Source: a virus
Lineage: Duplodnaviria; Caudoviricetes
Virus record (IMG/VR): IMGVR_UViG_3300037424_000332
Span: 1 to 31,488 of that record
Length of the DNA: 31,488 nt
Strand: one strand, 5' to 3'
Shown here: one piece after another, positions 1 to 9,530 of the stretch
Layout of the letters: each line of letters begins with the position of its first letter
Position numbering within the stretch: the stretch's first letter is position 1
The notes under the pieces: generated by a model
The model's input: the letters and a program-made list of their open reading frames with translations, nothing else
Database searches by the model: none
What the model was told of the DNA's origin: nothing
Program-made: the position numbers and the translations under genes

Positions 1-312
1 CCAGCGGTTATCAGAAATATGAGTAGCGAAATAATCTTTAAGTATTTCCACTGTATCTACTTTCTGCAAAACAGTATCTACATAAATGATAGTATCGGTA
101 TGGTTAATGTAGTGCGGGTAAGTGCTTGTAATAGTATGAATCACAGTGTCGGTAACGTGTACTATGTTTGTAATAACATCTGGGCATTTCTTATGTGCTT
201 TCCCATAGCTGCACCCCTTCATAAATACTATCAGCAAAACGCAAAGGAACGCTAAAATACCATATATGTATTTTTGTACCGAAATTAGCCATGCGAGTAG
301 TTTTGCTTTCAT
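1..312 (-). CDS. Membrane-anchored spanin-like lysis accessory protein, 3'-truncated by the window edge (not in ORF track)
   Basis: Hand translation gives MKAKLLAWLISVQKYIYGILAFLCVLLIVFMKGCSYG...VTDTVIH..HTDTIIYVDTVLQKVDTVEILKDYFA, open to base 1. It has an N-terminal TM segment and DT-rich repeats, its ATG overlaps the holin stop (ATGA 309-312), and it follows endolysin and holin. Confidence 0.65.
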   Translation of the reverse strand, partial: MKAKLLAWLISVQKYIYGILAFLCVLLIVFMKGCSYGKAHKKCPDVITNIVHVTDTVIHTITSTYPHYINHTDTIIYVDTVLQKVDTVEILKDYFATHISDNRW

Positions 313-602
313 AATGAAATAATTGTATCGGTTTTACTGTCAAATATTGCAGATAACTTTTTAATCAACGCCTGCCCTGACACTCCCAGCATCAGTGCTG
401 AAACGAATGTTATAGGATAGATGTTTACCATATCATCTTTAGCATAGACAAGAATACAACCGATGATAAGATTTAGGATTGTTGGAATCCAGTTATTCCG
501 CACATAAGTTTTCCATCTGAATTTAGGGTCATTATAAACTCCGTTCAATTGTAAAAGGATGTAGATTAAACACCCGCCGATAACTGCAAAGTAAAATTCC
601 AT
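309..602 (-). CDS. Putative holin
   Basis: About 97 aa from MEFYFAV (likely start at 602, not 656), with about three hydrophobic segments and a charged C-terminus. Lies directly downstream of the endolysin. Confidence 0.65.
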   Translation of the reverse strand: MEFYFAVIGGCLIYILLQLNGVYNDPKFRWKTYVRNNWIPTILNLIIGCILVYAKDDMVNIYPITFVSALMLGVSGQALIKKLSAIFDSKTDTIISL

Positions 603-613
603 AGTTCTAAATA

Positions 614-1045
614 TTAAATGTCTCGTTCGTTTGGTATTAATTCGTAATGGGGACAATCGGAAAACTTTTCATCATTAATATCATTATCCATTGAGAAATC
701 AGCACCGAGCCTTATTTTATGAGAAATAACGCCAGTCCTATAAAGTCTATCAGCTACCCCTTTAACATAGCCTGCAAAGAATAATAACTGTTCCCTGGAC
801 CAGTCAATATGATTCACTTCATACGGTGCAGCATCAACTGCCATTGAAGGATCAGAATTATGTTTTGATTGTGGATATTGAAGTTTTGATTTACCCTCTG
901 CAAATGCTTTGTCCTGTTCCGGCTTATCCCTGTGACCGCAAACAATAGTACAATCCATTTCCTGCACAACATGTGCAAAGAGTGTCTGTAAATCCCTATG
1001 ACAGGTCTTTAACTTTGCTTTTGATGTTTCGCTAAATGTATTCAT
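614..1045 (-). CDS. Endolysin, peptidase M15 family (L-Ala-D-Glu peptidase-like)
   Basis: Motifs CGHRDKPEQ, SKHN, AVDAAP and DCPHYEL (His/Asp/His zinc ligands), typical of M15 phage endolysins. Confidence 0.88.
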   Translation of the reverse strand: MNTFSETSKAKLKTCHRDLQTLFAHVVQEMDCTIVCGHRDKPEQDKAFAEGKSKLQYPQSKHNSDPSMAVDAAPYEVNHIDWSREQLLFFAGYVKGVADRLYRTGVISHKIRLGADFSMDNDINDEKFSDCPHYELIPNERDI

Positions 1046-1543
1046 TTACTTTATTTTTACCGAATCCTGTAATCCGGCATCATTGTATTTTACCCAGCCT
1101 CTTGATACTTTTGATATTCCCTCCTGTGACCTGATTTCTTTTGTCAGAGTGTCTGCCGGTTTGCCTATCTTTCTATCACTGCTATAACTGAAATATGCTG
1201 TTAAAAGTAAAGATATTGCACCGATTATAAATGATGCTGTTTTGATCCATACTGTTATTCTTGCTCGTTTTTCCTCTCTTAATTCCTTATCTGTTTTTAT
1301 TACAGCTTTTTTACCTATTGATTCATTATGTAACTCTTTTACAATACCTGATATGCCTGTGAGCTTACTATTAATATCATTTACTGCCTTCCCCATCTCC
1401 ACAACTTTGAATATATACCCATCCTCTGGATGACCATTCCCGACAAGCAGAAGTTCTATTCTTTCAAGTCGATTCTTTTCGGTGCAATTATGAAGTATTG
1501 CAACTCTCTCTTTCGGCACTCGTTTTATCGGGGACTTATTCAT
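1046..1543 (-). CDS. Coiled-coil protein with a single TM helix, lysis-region hypothetical
   Basis: 165 aa ORF with TM segment ASFIIGAISLLLTAYF, abutting the endolysin start. Confidence 0.6.
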   Translation of the reverse strand: MNKSPIKRVPKERVAILHNCTEKNRLERIELLLVGNGHPEDGYIFKVVEMGKAVNDINSKLTGISGIVKELHNESIGKKAVIKTDKELREEKRARITVWIKTASFIIGAISLLLTAYFSYSSDRKIGKPADTLTKEIRSQEGISKVSRGWVKYNDAGLQDSVKIK

Positions 1544-1558
1544 AATTAATGTACTGGT

Positions 1559-4009
1559 TTATTCCTCTACTATCTTTAACATTATTGTCTGTCCCTGATA
1601 AGGATTAGCCCATGTTTCTCCATCGGCCGCAATATCTCCCCTCATATATCCATTTACATTAGGAGGATCAAATCCAAAATACTCTCCTTCAAAGGCAGCC
1701 GGATCAGGGCCACCAAGTATCTTAAATGGATAGAAGTTTAATCCATCATTGCTGATATATAATATTCTTTCTGTCATTTCCGCACAAATCATTATTTTCC
1801 CATGAGCTATAAAATAACCAGCACCTGTTCCTGTACGATTTAATTTAACAAGTTTTTTAAATATTGTTTTATCACTAAAATCAGCACTCAATAATGCTCT
1901 ATAAACCCCTGCTGATCCTGTTAAGAAAACATCTTCTTTTGCCATATAAAAATAACTACCATAATAACCATGTCCAACAAAGTGGTAATCCCCAGGGTTC
2001 TCATGATCGTCTCCAGCAACAGTGTTTATTTTCGTAGGGGCACTCCAAGTATCGGTAGCTTTTGTATAAGTAAAATTTAATAGATTTACTTTCCCATCAT
2101 CATTATCTCCGGTAGTAACTCTGAATAACGTTTCATCAACAGAATCCTGAGAAACCTCTTCAGTGTGTTTTGCAAGTATAACCCCATTATAACGATAGAA
2201 ACATTTAACCGTCACACCACTATCGACAGTGTACCACAATCTTGCATTCAATTCATCAGTAGAGGGAACAATAGAATAATTACCCCAGACAAATATCTCT
2301 GTCCCTTCAACTGACATATACTTAATCGGATTAAAGCACATAAAGTTCTGTGATGCTCCAGGTGTATAGGCTCCACCACCTACATCAGTAACAGTCGTTT
2401 CAGCAATATTAGTAAGATTATCTGTGGATAGATACATCTTTACCTTACTGGCAATAAGAATATTGCCATTCTCAAAAATATATGTAAACTCACAAGGACC
2501 GGCAAATCCTACAATTTGTTTCGATATAGGATAAGTTCCACCCCCATCAAGACTTAATGAAAAAGTATCAGTCCCATCAAAAGCTAACATCTTATTCCCC
2601 CTTGCACACCGATATTCTAATCCAACTTCACTGAAATAATAACTTATGTCCCATGAATGCCCATGATCACCTGTGTAAGTAATTGCCTTTGTATAGTCTG
2701 ATCCTGTTTTGTTTGTAGCATAACTAAATATCTCGGTTAAAACCTGCCTGTCATCAATAGAGTTATTGGTAATCTTCGGGAATAATATTCCTTTATAAGC
2801 AGTATTAAAGAATGTATTAAGTTTAACTCTGTTAAGCTCTGATATGTGCCATACCTTCGGAGTTCCAGAGACATACCAACTGCCGTCACCATCTACCATT
2901 AAGGTCTGACGTGCCATATCTCCGTAAATAGTGGCATTGTCTCTGCTCCAGTTATCACCAACAAATGTTAATTTGCTATCTGCAAGATTATGAGTTGTCA
3001 AACTTCCAGCATGATCCAATTCTTTAGTATATCCGGCAGGAAGCGAAGGAGTCGCCAAGGGAACATCACCGTTGTATCCAACAAATATATTTCTTAAAAT
3101 AGAACTGCCTGAATATTTGTAAAGAGAATAACCTTTGTCTAAAAGATACCTCGATCCTCCGCTATCATAAACTATGCTTGTATTGCTTGCTCCTGAATTA
3201 GTAGCCATATGATAACCATTACCAGATAAGTCTCTTGGAGTAATATTATCGGTTATCCAATGACCTTTTAGATTTGTTAAATCAGCAAGATGACCATAAT
3301 TCGTTATTGTTGTTTTCTCTGTTGGTGTGAGTTTGCGATTTAATACCCACGCCTCAGAATATATTGCATTGATAGTATAATTAAAAGCATTACCAGCTTG
3401 GTTATTGGATATACCTAATAGAAACTCATACTGATTTGCCATTGCTGGCCATGTTCCTGTATATGCTACATCTGCACCAACTTGTGAACCATTAATAAAA
3501 AACCTGCCTACTGAAGCCGTTTTATCTATCTCAATAATAAGTAAAACCCATCCAGCGGCAGTAAAATCCACATTTGTAAGAGTATCTTTTGCAGCGCCAG
3601 TTCCTTTTATTACCCACCTTAAATAACCTGTAGTTATGTTCTGATATATGTAATACATCCCATCAAGAGATCCGTCTATCCCTTTTCCACCAATAGTAGG
3701 ATAAGATGTTTTTACTGCTGAATTACTCTTACATCTTACGGCAAACGTAAAGTCCCCCGCTGCAGCACCAACATCTAATCCCCCATTATCAACTACTATC
3801 AATGGATTATTTGACTGTTGTAATGAAGGTAATGTTATTACAGGATTATTAGCAGGATTGACAGTATCAACAAGTGCAAGTCCGCTTCGTGAAGTTGTCC
3901 AAAGATCAGGTGTCTCCCCTCCGAGTGGTAAAGCCGGAGTCCATGAAGACCCTGAGCCTGAAGAGGAGGAACCAATCTTTAAACCGCCGATTCGTATTCG
4001 TATGCCCAT
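1559..4009 (-). CDS. Receptor-binding/appendage protein: LamG (ConA-like) domain plus Asp-box (BNR) beta-propeller
   Basis: LamG-like motifs FTFAVRCK, FFINGSQVG, AWVLNRKLTPTE, LKGHW and DLSGNGYH. Asp-box-like repeats SLDGGGTY, STDNLTNI, TVDSGVTV and SNDGLNF. Gly/Ser-rich N-terminus. Confidence 0.7.
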   Translation of the reverse strand: MGIRIRIGGLKIGSSSSGSGSSWTPALPLGGETPDLWTTSRSGLALVDTVNPANNPVITLPSLQQSNNPLIVVDNGGLDVGAAAGDFTFAVRCKSNSAVKTSYPTIGGKGIDGSLDGMYYIYQNITTGYLRWVIKGTGAAKDTLTNVDFTAAGWVLLIIEIDKTASVGRFFINGSQVGADVAYTGTWPAMANQYEFLLGISNNQAGNAFNYTINAIYSEAWVLNRKLTPTEKTTITNYGHLADLTNLKGHWITDNITPRDLSGNGYHMATNSGASNTSIVYDSGGSRYLLDKGYSLYKYSGSSILRNIFVGYNGDVPLATPSLPAGYTKELDHAGSLTTHNLADSKLTFVGDNWSRDNATIYGDMARQTLMVDGDGSWYVSGTPKVWHISELNRVKLNTFFNTAYKGILFPKITNNSIDDRQVLTEIFSYATNKTGSDYTKAITYTGDHGHSWDISYYFSEVGLEYRCARGNKMLAFDGTDTFSLSLDGGGTYPISKQIVGFAGPCEFTYIFENGNILIASKVKMYLSTDNLTNIAETTVTDVGGGAYTPGASQNFMCFNPIKYMSVEGTEIFVWGNYSIVPSTDELNARLWYTVDSGVTVKCFYRYNGVILAKHTEEVSQDSVDETLFRVTTGDNDDGKVNLLNFTYTKATDTWSAPTKINTVAGDDHENPGDYHFVGHGYYGSYFYMAKEDVFLTGSAGVYRALLSADFSDKTIFKKLVKLNRTGTGAGYFIAHGKIMICAEMTERILYISNDGLNFYPFKILGGPDPAAFEGEYFGFDPPNVNGYMRGDIAADGETWANPYQGQTIMLKIVEE

Positions 4010-4020
4010 AGCATTTAATT

Positions 4021-4278
4021 TTAAACGCCATAGCCAATTACTATACTTGTCGCAGTCGTCCCGGAACTAAATATCTTACGGCAAATAACAGGATCAACAA
4101 ATAAGGCTGAGGCATCAACAGTTTTAGTTATCGCTTCAGCATCTGACTTATTTCCAATAGGACAGTATTTAATATTTCCTGCACCGCTGCGAATGAAAAA
4201 ACCTGCTTCGTCGGTAAAGTCAACAGCAGCAACATCTACTGGTACTTCCCTTGTTATGTTTCCCATACTTGTATTCAT
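4021..4278 (-). CDS. Small putative virion structural protein
   Basis: 85 aa beta-rich ORF ending CRKIFSSGTTATSIVIGY, located between the adaptor and the RBP. Confidence 0.6.
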   Translation of the reverse strand: MNTSMGNITREVPVDVAAVDFTDEAGFFIRSGAGNIKYCPIGNKSDAEAITKTVDASALFVDPVICRKIFSSGTTATSIVIGYGV

Positions 4279-4293
4279 ATTCTTAATTTTAAA

Positions 4294-4827
4294 TTAATCA
4301 CCAATAGTTTTGAAAATCCCTCGGTTATCTCTGCACTTCAGACCGCCACAGCCAAAATCGGACCACAATGGATAAAGAAGATAATTCCTATTCAGGTACA
4401 AAATAACCTCACACATTATAGCATCAGCCGTCAGACGTGCCTCGGTCTCCAGTCGTTGAATATCCTTTGTTGTGGCTGGTGTCGATAAGTCACTATCCTT
4501 AACTGTTATCCCGGCTGCTGTATAATTAAACGGTGTGCGGTTTGTAAAGCGTGCAAAAGCATAATAAGCAATAGCAGTCCTTAGTCCCTGAAATAAATAA
4601 GTATAAGTATTATAAACATAAGACCCCCCATTCAGAAGTATTGCGTTCTCAATTGAGAATACCGGATATTGAGTAATCAGTTCATTCAAGAGTGCATCAC
4701 CGATCTGCGACTTGACATCCAACTGTTGAGCCTCGGAAACAAACTGCGGCCATGCTACATTGTTTTTCACTGAGTCAACAATATACTTTAAATCCTGAAT
4801 ATCTGTCAGAGCAACTAAACTTATCAT
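4294..4827 (-). CDS. Putative head-tail adaptor/connector
   Basis: Follows the portal with an ATGA overlap. Motifs EAQQLDVK..IGDAL, GLRTAIAYYAFAR and YLNRNYLLYPLW resemble connector proteins next to portals in Bacteroidota phages. Confidence 0.6.
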   Translation of the reverse strand: MISLVALTDIQDLKYIVDSVKNNVAWPQFVSEAQQLDVKSQIGDALLNELITQYPVFSIENAILLNGGSYVYNTYTYLFQGLRTAIAYYAFARFTNRTPFNYTAAGITVKDSDLSTPATTKDIQRLETEARLTADAIMCEVILYLNRNYLLYPLWSDFGCGGLKCRDNRGIFKTIGD

Positions 4828-5963
4828 ATCGTTGGTATATAAGTTATTGGCTTAATAGAATAATCCACAAATTGCATCGGATAATTAGAGAATAAATCTT
4901 TAAATACATTCTCTAAATCTTTCCGTTCGTCACCTGTCACAGAGTTCATAAAGGAATAAGCATTGGTTAAGAGGTCGGCACCAAAACCGGCACCGATATC
5001 AACGCCCCTTAAGATTGGAGGCATCATAAACATTCTACCGATATTCTCCTGTACTGTCTTTTCAGTTACCTCGTATTGACGATCATAATTCTTTGCAGTG
5101 AAATCAATGAACTCAGGTTTTTCCTCGTCTGAATCAATATCCACTACCCATATTTTCGAGGTGTTCATGTCGCCCTGCATACGCTTAATCTCGTTGGCGC
5201 TATTCACCTGCTCGGTGTTATAGCGATCCGTTGGATCAACCGACCCATCAGTAAGTAACTTTGGTTTGATACCTTTGCGAACTAGCACCCCGGAAGGAAG
5301 GAAATTAAATTTTGCGTTACGATGCTTAACCGTTGATACACTCTCTTCAGTAAGCATATCCGTTATGATAGGATCAAAAGGCGAAGTAGGATATTCAAAG
5401 TCCCCGTCAGCGGTGTAGTAATAAACCTGTCCCAGGTAATTATCCGGGCCGCCGACTTCGGCAATCTCCACAGCAACTGTCAGAGGGTTGAAACGATTAA
5501 TGAACTTGACGTCTCCCATCCGAAATGTCCTGCCCGTGAGGTTTGTCCAGTCCGGGTGGATTGCTATTTTACCAGTGTAGTCTCCTGCTGTGTTAATCTC
5601 AATCCGGCATTGTTCAAATGGGATATTATAATAAGCATAAGGGACGGCATTATAATCGTACTTGACCAGACAGGCAAATCCGTTAAAACTCTTTAGGTCT
5701 TTAGCAAACTTACTTAGTAGAGAACTCGCACGCTCGTTACGATCGTTGATGATAGAATCAGAAAGTATCTGATCGGTGAATCCTGCTCCCCGGACAAACT
5801 TAACATAGATATCAAAGCAAGTCTTTCCGGTTCCGGAACTTGCGATTATCTCTAATACTTTCTGAGGATAGTCGTTACCGTCACCGTATCCCTTGATTCG
5901 TTTACTCCTGAGAAATACGTTCCGCTCTACCCTCGGTGCTGTTTTGGTGGCGGATACTCGCAT
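4824..5963 (-). CDS. Portal protein
   Basis: 379 aa with YGDGNDYPQ..EIIASSGTGKTC, GAGF, F(N)GFACLV, NFLPSG and MPPILRG, a portal-like pattern in head-module context. Confidence 0.75.
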   Translation of the reverse strand: MRVSATKTAPRVERNVFLRSKRIKGYGDGNDYPQKVLEIIASSGTGKTCFDIYVKFVRGAGFTDQILSDSIINDRNERASSLLSKFAKDLKSFNGFACLVKYDYNAVPYAYYNIPFEQCRIEINTAGDYTGKIAIHPDWTNLTGRTFRMGDVKFINRFNPLTVAVEIAEVGGPDNYLGQVYYYTADGDFEYPTSPFDPIITDMLTEESVSTVKHRNAKFNFLPSGVLVRKGIKPKLLTDGSVDPTDRYNTEQVNSANEIKRMQGDMNTSKIWVVDIDSDEEKPEFIDFTAKNYDRQYEVTEKTVQENIGRMFMMPPILRGVDIGAGFGADLLTNAYSFMNSVTGDERKDLENVFKDLFSNYPMQFVDYSIKPITYIPTI

Positions 5964-6469
5964 TATTTTTTCTGTTTACCAACTTTCTTAACTTTTGGCT
6001 CAATAACTACCGGCTCGGTTTTCACTTCAGCTTTCACCGGCTCAACAATGACAGTCTGTTTACCAACTTTCTTAACTTTTGGCTCAATAACTACCGGCTC
6101 GGTTTTCACTTCAGCTTTCACCGGCTCAACAACTACCGGCTCGGTTTTCACTTCAGCTTTCACCGGCTCAACAACTACCGGCTCGGTTTTCACTTCAGCT
6201 TTTACCGGCTCAACAATCACAGTAGGAATTACCGGCTTCTCCGGTGGAACTATCAGTGTCGGTTGTGGCTTTCTCGGTGGTACCGGTACATTAACCGGAG
6301 CTGTACGCCCGGGAATAACCTCAAAATATTTCTCCACTCCGGGTTGATTAGCCAGATACCACTCGGCCAGAGCATCAGTGAAATGTGGTGAATCATTAGT
6401 AACAGTCTTCGATGCGTCACCAAAAGCCTGAAGAAGTACACCTTTTTTTAATCTATAATTTTGTGCCAT
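5963..6469 (-). CDS. Low-complexity P/V/E/K-rich protein with tandem repeats
   Basis: Globular N-terminus (TDALAEWYLANQPG) followed by VEPVKAEVKTEPVV repeats. TAATG overlap with the portal start. Confidence 0.7.
   Translation of the reverse strand: MAQNYRLKKGVLLQAFGDASKTVTNDSPHFTDALAEWYLANQPGVEKYFEVIPGRTAPVNVPVPPRKPQPTLIVPPEKPVIPTVIVEPVKAEVKTEPVVVEPVKAEVKTEPVVVEPVKAEVKTEPVVIEPKVKKVGKQTVIVEPVKAEVKTEPVVIEPKVKKVGKQKK
5971..6222. repeat. Intragenic 42-bp-module repeat array
   Basis: The unit aactaccggctcggttttcacttcagctttcaccggctcaac starts at 6005, 6089, 6131 and 6173 (one mismatch in the last). A second unit (tctgtttaccaactttcttaacttttggctcaat) starts at 5971 and 6055. Confidence 0.95.
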
Positions 6470-6481
6470 AATTTTAAATTT

Positions 6482-6509
6482 AAAAGAAGAGGCTCGAAAG
6501 CCTCCCCTT
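6482..6509 (-). terminator. Intrinsic terminator after the capsid and tail tube genes
   Basis: Minus strand reads AAGGGGAGGCT-TTCG-AGCCTCTTCTTTT, immediately after the stop at 6512. Confidence 0.75.
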
Positions 6510-6511
6510 GT

Positions 6512-7132
6512 TTATTCACAGCATGGAGCCAATAAAGAATCCAATGCAATACGTGTTAATGCCAAAGTACCTCCTACAAAATATGTACGGGGTAACAGGG
6601 ATTCTTTAAGTGAATCCGAACATCCGGCAGTCAGGACATAACCTCCGAGCATCTCTGCATCATTGACGTTACGTTCGACAGCATTCAGCTCCAGTCCAAA
6701 ATCCCATCCCAGCACTTCAAAGACGGTCCTTCCGGCAACAGTGACACCATCATCTTTATTGTAGTTATTCTCGATGATCACCATGAACCGGCTATCCTTT
6801 GCATTTTCGATCCAGAGCTTATCTTCCGGTGTATTATCGAAGATACGAAATACAAACCCATGCTCCCAGGTCTTTTGATATTTAGACTTTACCATCGCTA
6901 TCGTGTGTTCATTGGATACGTTATACCCTTCGACACAGTAAGCATAGCAAGGCGGAGACGTGGTTTTTAGAACCAGTTGAGTAAGCAGTAGAGAGTTAGT
7001 AGGATCAAATGTGCTTAAATCTTTATCAACACAATCGTAGTTGATAAAATATGCCTTATCCTTTATACCTGGAACGAGGTTTGCGCAGTTCTTCAGGATA
7101 CAGGCAACTATTTCATTGCAGCCTATTGTCAT
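6512..7132 (-). CDS. Putative major tail (tube) protein
   Basis: 206 aa immediately after the capsid gene and co-terminated with it. Beta-rich, with FEVLGWDFGLE and PGIKDKAYFIN motifs. Confidence 0.55.
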   Translation of the reverse strand: MTIGCNEIVACILKNCANLVPGIKDKAYFINYDCVDKDLSTFDPTNSLLLTQLVLKTTSPPCYAYCVEGYNVSNEHTIAMVKSKYQKTWEHGFVFRIFDNTPEDKLWIENAKDSRFMVIIENNYNKDDGVTVAGRTVFEVLGWDFGLELNAVERNVNDAEMLGGYVLTAGCSDSLKESLLPRTYFVGGTLALTRIALDSLLAPCCE

Positions 7133-7135
7133 AAC

Positions 7136-8224
7136 TTACCTCCCGACCATAAAGAGACGATCGTCAATTATCTTAGCATCGAAAGCATCAACAGCCTCGA
7201 TCCTGTTGATACGGCTCCTTTGATCATAAAATGTATTTACATTATCAAACAATGTGGTACACATCATACCGATGACCAGGTTTGAAACAGTAGTGTAAAC
7301 TACCCTGTGAGGATCGTTCCATGAAGTAAGGTTATTCTCATAAGCCCTTATCCACTGATCCCACAACGGGATAGATACGATCTTGATACCGTCCCATGTA
7401 GCAAACTCAAGGCCGTTGACCATCAGTTTGTAGTCCTGAAATGCTGTACCGAGTGCCTGTAGTTGTCTGCGAAGTCTGTCCATCACCGAGCGGGTGACAA
7501 GAATAATCCTGTCAGGCTGTGCAGCCAGTTCAGAGATTGCATTGTCGATCAGTGTATTGACAGCATTGTAGGTCAATAGCGGTGTAGCCACTGACTGCTG
7601 AAGTGCGTATGTTACCTGTGTATTGCCGGGCATTGCATTCAACTGTAAAGGATTAACAGCATAGACAGCGGCCATCTGTTGAAAGAATCCATTAATGACA
7701 TTGAAATATCCAACGTCATAACCCGGCGTGATAACTCCTACCGGGAAGTTAGCAGCGGCCGTGTCGCCGAACCATACATGGCGAAGGATCATCTTCTCGA
7801 TGTCTTTTACCAGTATGTCGAGAATGAAAGCAAATATCTCAGTTTTGGTAAGATCATAAACCTCGACACCGCATTTCGTGGCCAGTGTCATCAGAGTGTC
7901 GTGAAGCTCGTCCACGCACATATCAATTATGATCTCCAAATATTTTGGTTCCCAGGTCTTTTCGACTGCTGGGTTTTCGAGGCACTGAGCCTCAGGATTA
8001 CAGGACTGAGCGGCTTTTCCTACCAGGCCAAATGTGCCGGGGATGATCCCAATCCTTTTGTCATTCTTGATCCCGGTTTTAATCGTATGAAATGCGGTTA
8101 TCCCTGGTGATTCAAGAACAGCGGTTACTACAAGTTCATTCAGCGAGCGGAGTTCATCAGCCGTGAAATGAAGTGCATCCAGATTGATTGTGTGCAAACA
8201 TGCTGGAGATGATTCGTGTGCCAT
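7136..8224 (-). CDS. Major capsid protein
   Basis: 362 aa directly after the Clp protease/scaffold. Motifs KTGIKN, VEKTWEPK, HVWFGD and INGFFQQ. A terminator lies one gene downstream. Confidence 0.8.
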   Translation of the reverse strand: MAHESSPACLHTINLDALHFTADELRSLNELVVTAVLESPGITAFHTIKTGIKNDKRIGIIPGTFGLVGKAAQSCNPEAQCLENPAVEKTWEPKYLEIIIDMCVDELHDTLMTLATKCGVEVYDLTKTEIFAFILDILVKDIEKMILRHVWFGDTAAANFPVGVITPGYDVGYFNVINGFFQQMAAVYAVNPLQLNAMPGNTQVTYALQQSVATPLLTYNAVNTLIDNAISELAAQPDRIILVTRSVMDRLRRQLQALGTAFQDYKLMVNGLEFATWDGIKIVSIPLWDQWIRAYENNLTSWNDPHRVVYTTVSNLVIGMMCTTLFDNVNTFYDQRSRINRIEAVDAFDAKIIDDRLFMVGR

Positions 8225-8226
8225 AA

Positions 8227-9360
8227 TTATTCTTTTTTAGATTTGATTTTTTCACCTATCTCTTTTGCTTTGGTAAGATCCACGTCACCGACCTTTTCCA
8301 AATTACCGAAGTTCTTTTGACGTGATGTCGGAACCCATGAGTTCTTTAGGTTCGTCAGCTCGGTTACAATACTCTGAGCGGCAACCTTAACTTTTTCGGC
8401 TTCTTCTTTAGCTACCTGAGCTTCTGTCTTAGCCGTTTCGGCTTCTGCTTTTGCGGTTTCAGCCAAAGCAACTTTAGCCTCCAGCTCGGCAATCTTTTCG
8501 TTAGCCAGTTCAAGTTCTGTTTTAGCGGCGGTAGGCTCTTTAACTTCCGTTACCACACCGCCAGTAATGACAATTGTTTTACCATCTGTCATTGTGAATG
8601 TTCCATCCGGAGCAGCTTTATCGCCGACTGCCGGAGCGCCAGATTCCTTTTCGAGCTTAAATTCATTGCCGTCTTTATCTTTCAGCGTCTGATCTTTAAT
8701 CCTCGAAAAATTTCCAATTTTGGCAATGGCACTGTCAAGTGTCGAGCCAAGTTTTTCAAAGAATGCTTTTTCGTCCATTTTAAAATTATTTTTGCGTTTA
8801 ATATAAGCATAAGCCACAACCGGCTCAATCACTTTAGTAGCAAATCCGAGAGATAGCATATCTTCAGCGGATAGTTTAGTATCTTCTTTCATGTATTCTG
8901 CCAGCCTGGATTTATCAGCCCCGGTCTTCTCGGCATAGAATTCAAGTATCTTTTCTTCTTCCTGTTTGAGGCTCTCGGCAAGTCTTACCAAGTCGCCGGA
9001 CTCATATTTATCGGCAAGGGTATAAGGCGGAATAAATGGATTATGAATCAGTCCATCGGCATTTTTCATCATCTCCCGTTCCGTGCCTGCCAGGAATACA
9101 ATAGTTGCTATTGAATAAACTTTTGATTCACCGATTGTCTTAATCTTTTTTCCGGAGTTAGTCAGCAGGTCATAAATTGCCCACCCCTCCTGCACGTCAC
9201 CACCTCTGGAATTTATCCGAACCGTTATGTCGGTTGCATCTTTATTCTCATCAAGAAACTCCGAGACGATCTTTGCAGAGATAGTATCAGAACCCTCTCC
9301 CATAAATGATTCAGGAAGAGATTCGCCAATATCGCCGTATATTTTAAGCACTGCTGCCAT
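8227..9360 (-). CDS. ClpP-like (S14) prohead protease with C-terminal scaffold-like coiled coil
   Basis: IYGDIG, RINSRGGDV.EG.AIY, YSIAT (catalytic Ser), LIHNP (His) and A...LSLGFA, then an Ala/Glu/Lys coiled coil. Start moved to ATG at 9360 (TAATG overlap with the upstream ORF). Confidence 0.9.
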   Translation of the reverse strand: MAAVLKIYGDIGESLPESFMGEGSDTISAKIVSEFLDENKDATDITVRINSRGGDVQEGWAIYDLLTNSGKKIKTIGESKVYSIATIVFLAGTEREMMKNADGLIHNPFIPPYTLADKYESGDLVRLAESLKQEEEKILEFYAEKTGADKSRLAEYMKEDTKLSAEDMLSLGFATKVIEPVVAYAYIKRKNNFKMDEKAFFEKLGSTLDSAIAKIGNFSRIKDQTLKDKDGNEFKLEKESGAPAVGDKAAPDGTFTMTDGKTIVITGGVVTEVKEPTAAKTELELANEKIAELEAKVALAETAKAEAETAKTEAQVAKEEAEKVKVAAQSIVTELTNLKNSWVPTSRQKNFGNLEKVGDVDLTKAKEIGEKIKSKKE

Positions 9361-9512
9361 TAGGGCATCCCTCCGCACTCAAAGAGTTGGTAGTAAAGCA
9401 TGTTATCGACTGCATGGTCTTCGTTATACATATAATACTCATCGTGGTATAAGAACTGTTCCATTTGAATTGTCGAAAGATTATTGTACGCAAAACACAG
9501 TGTCTCACTCAT
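9360..9512 (-). CDS. 50-aa acidic Tyr-rich hypothetical protein (not in ORF track)
   Basis: MSETLCFAYNNLSTIQMEQFLYHDEYYMYNEDHAVDNMLYYQLFECGGMP*. A-rich upstream region, and the stop overlaps the protease ATG (TAATG). Confidence 0.6.
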   Translation of the reverse strand: MSETLCFAYNNLSTIQMEQFLYHDEYYMYNEDHAVDNMLYYQLFECGGMP

Positions 9513-9530
9513 AGCTTTTAATTTAAACTA

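Noticed and set aside
5971-6222. CRISPR-like array
   Set aside because: The units are in-frame coding repeats without unique spacers, and there are no cas genes.
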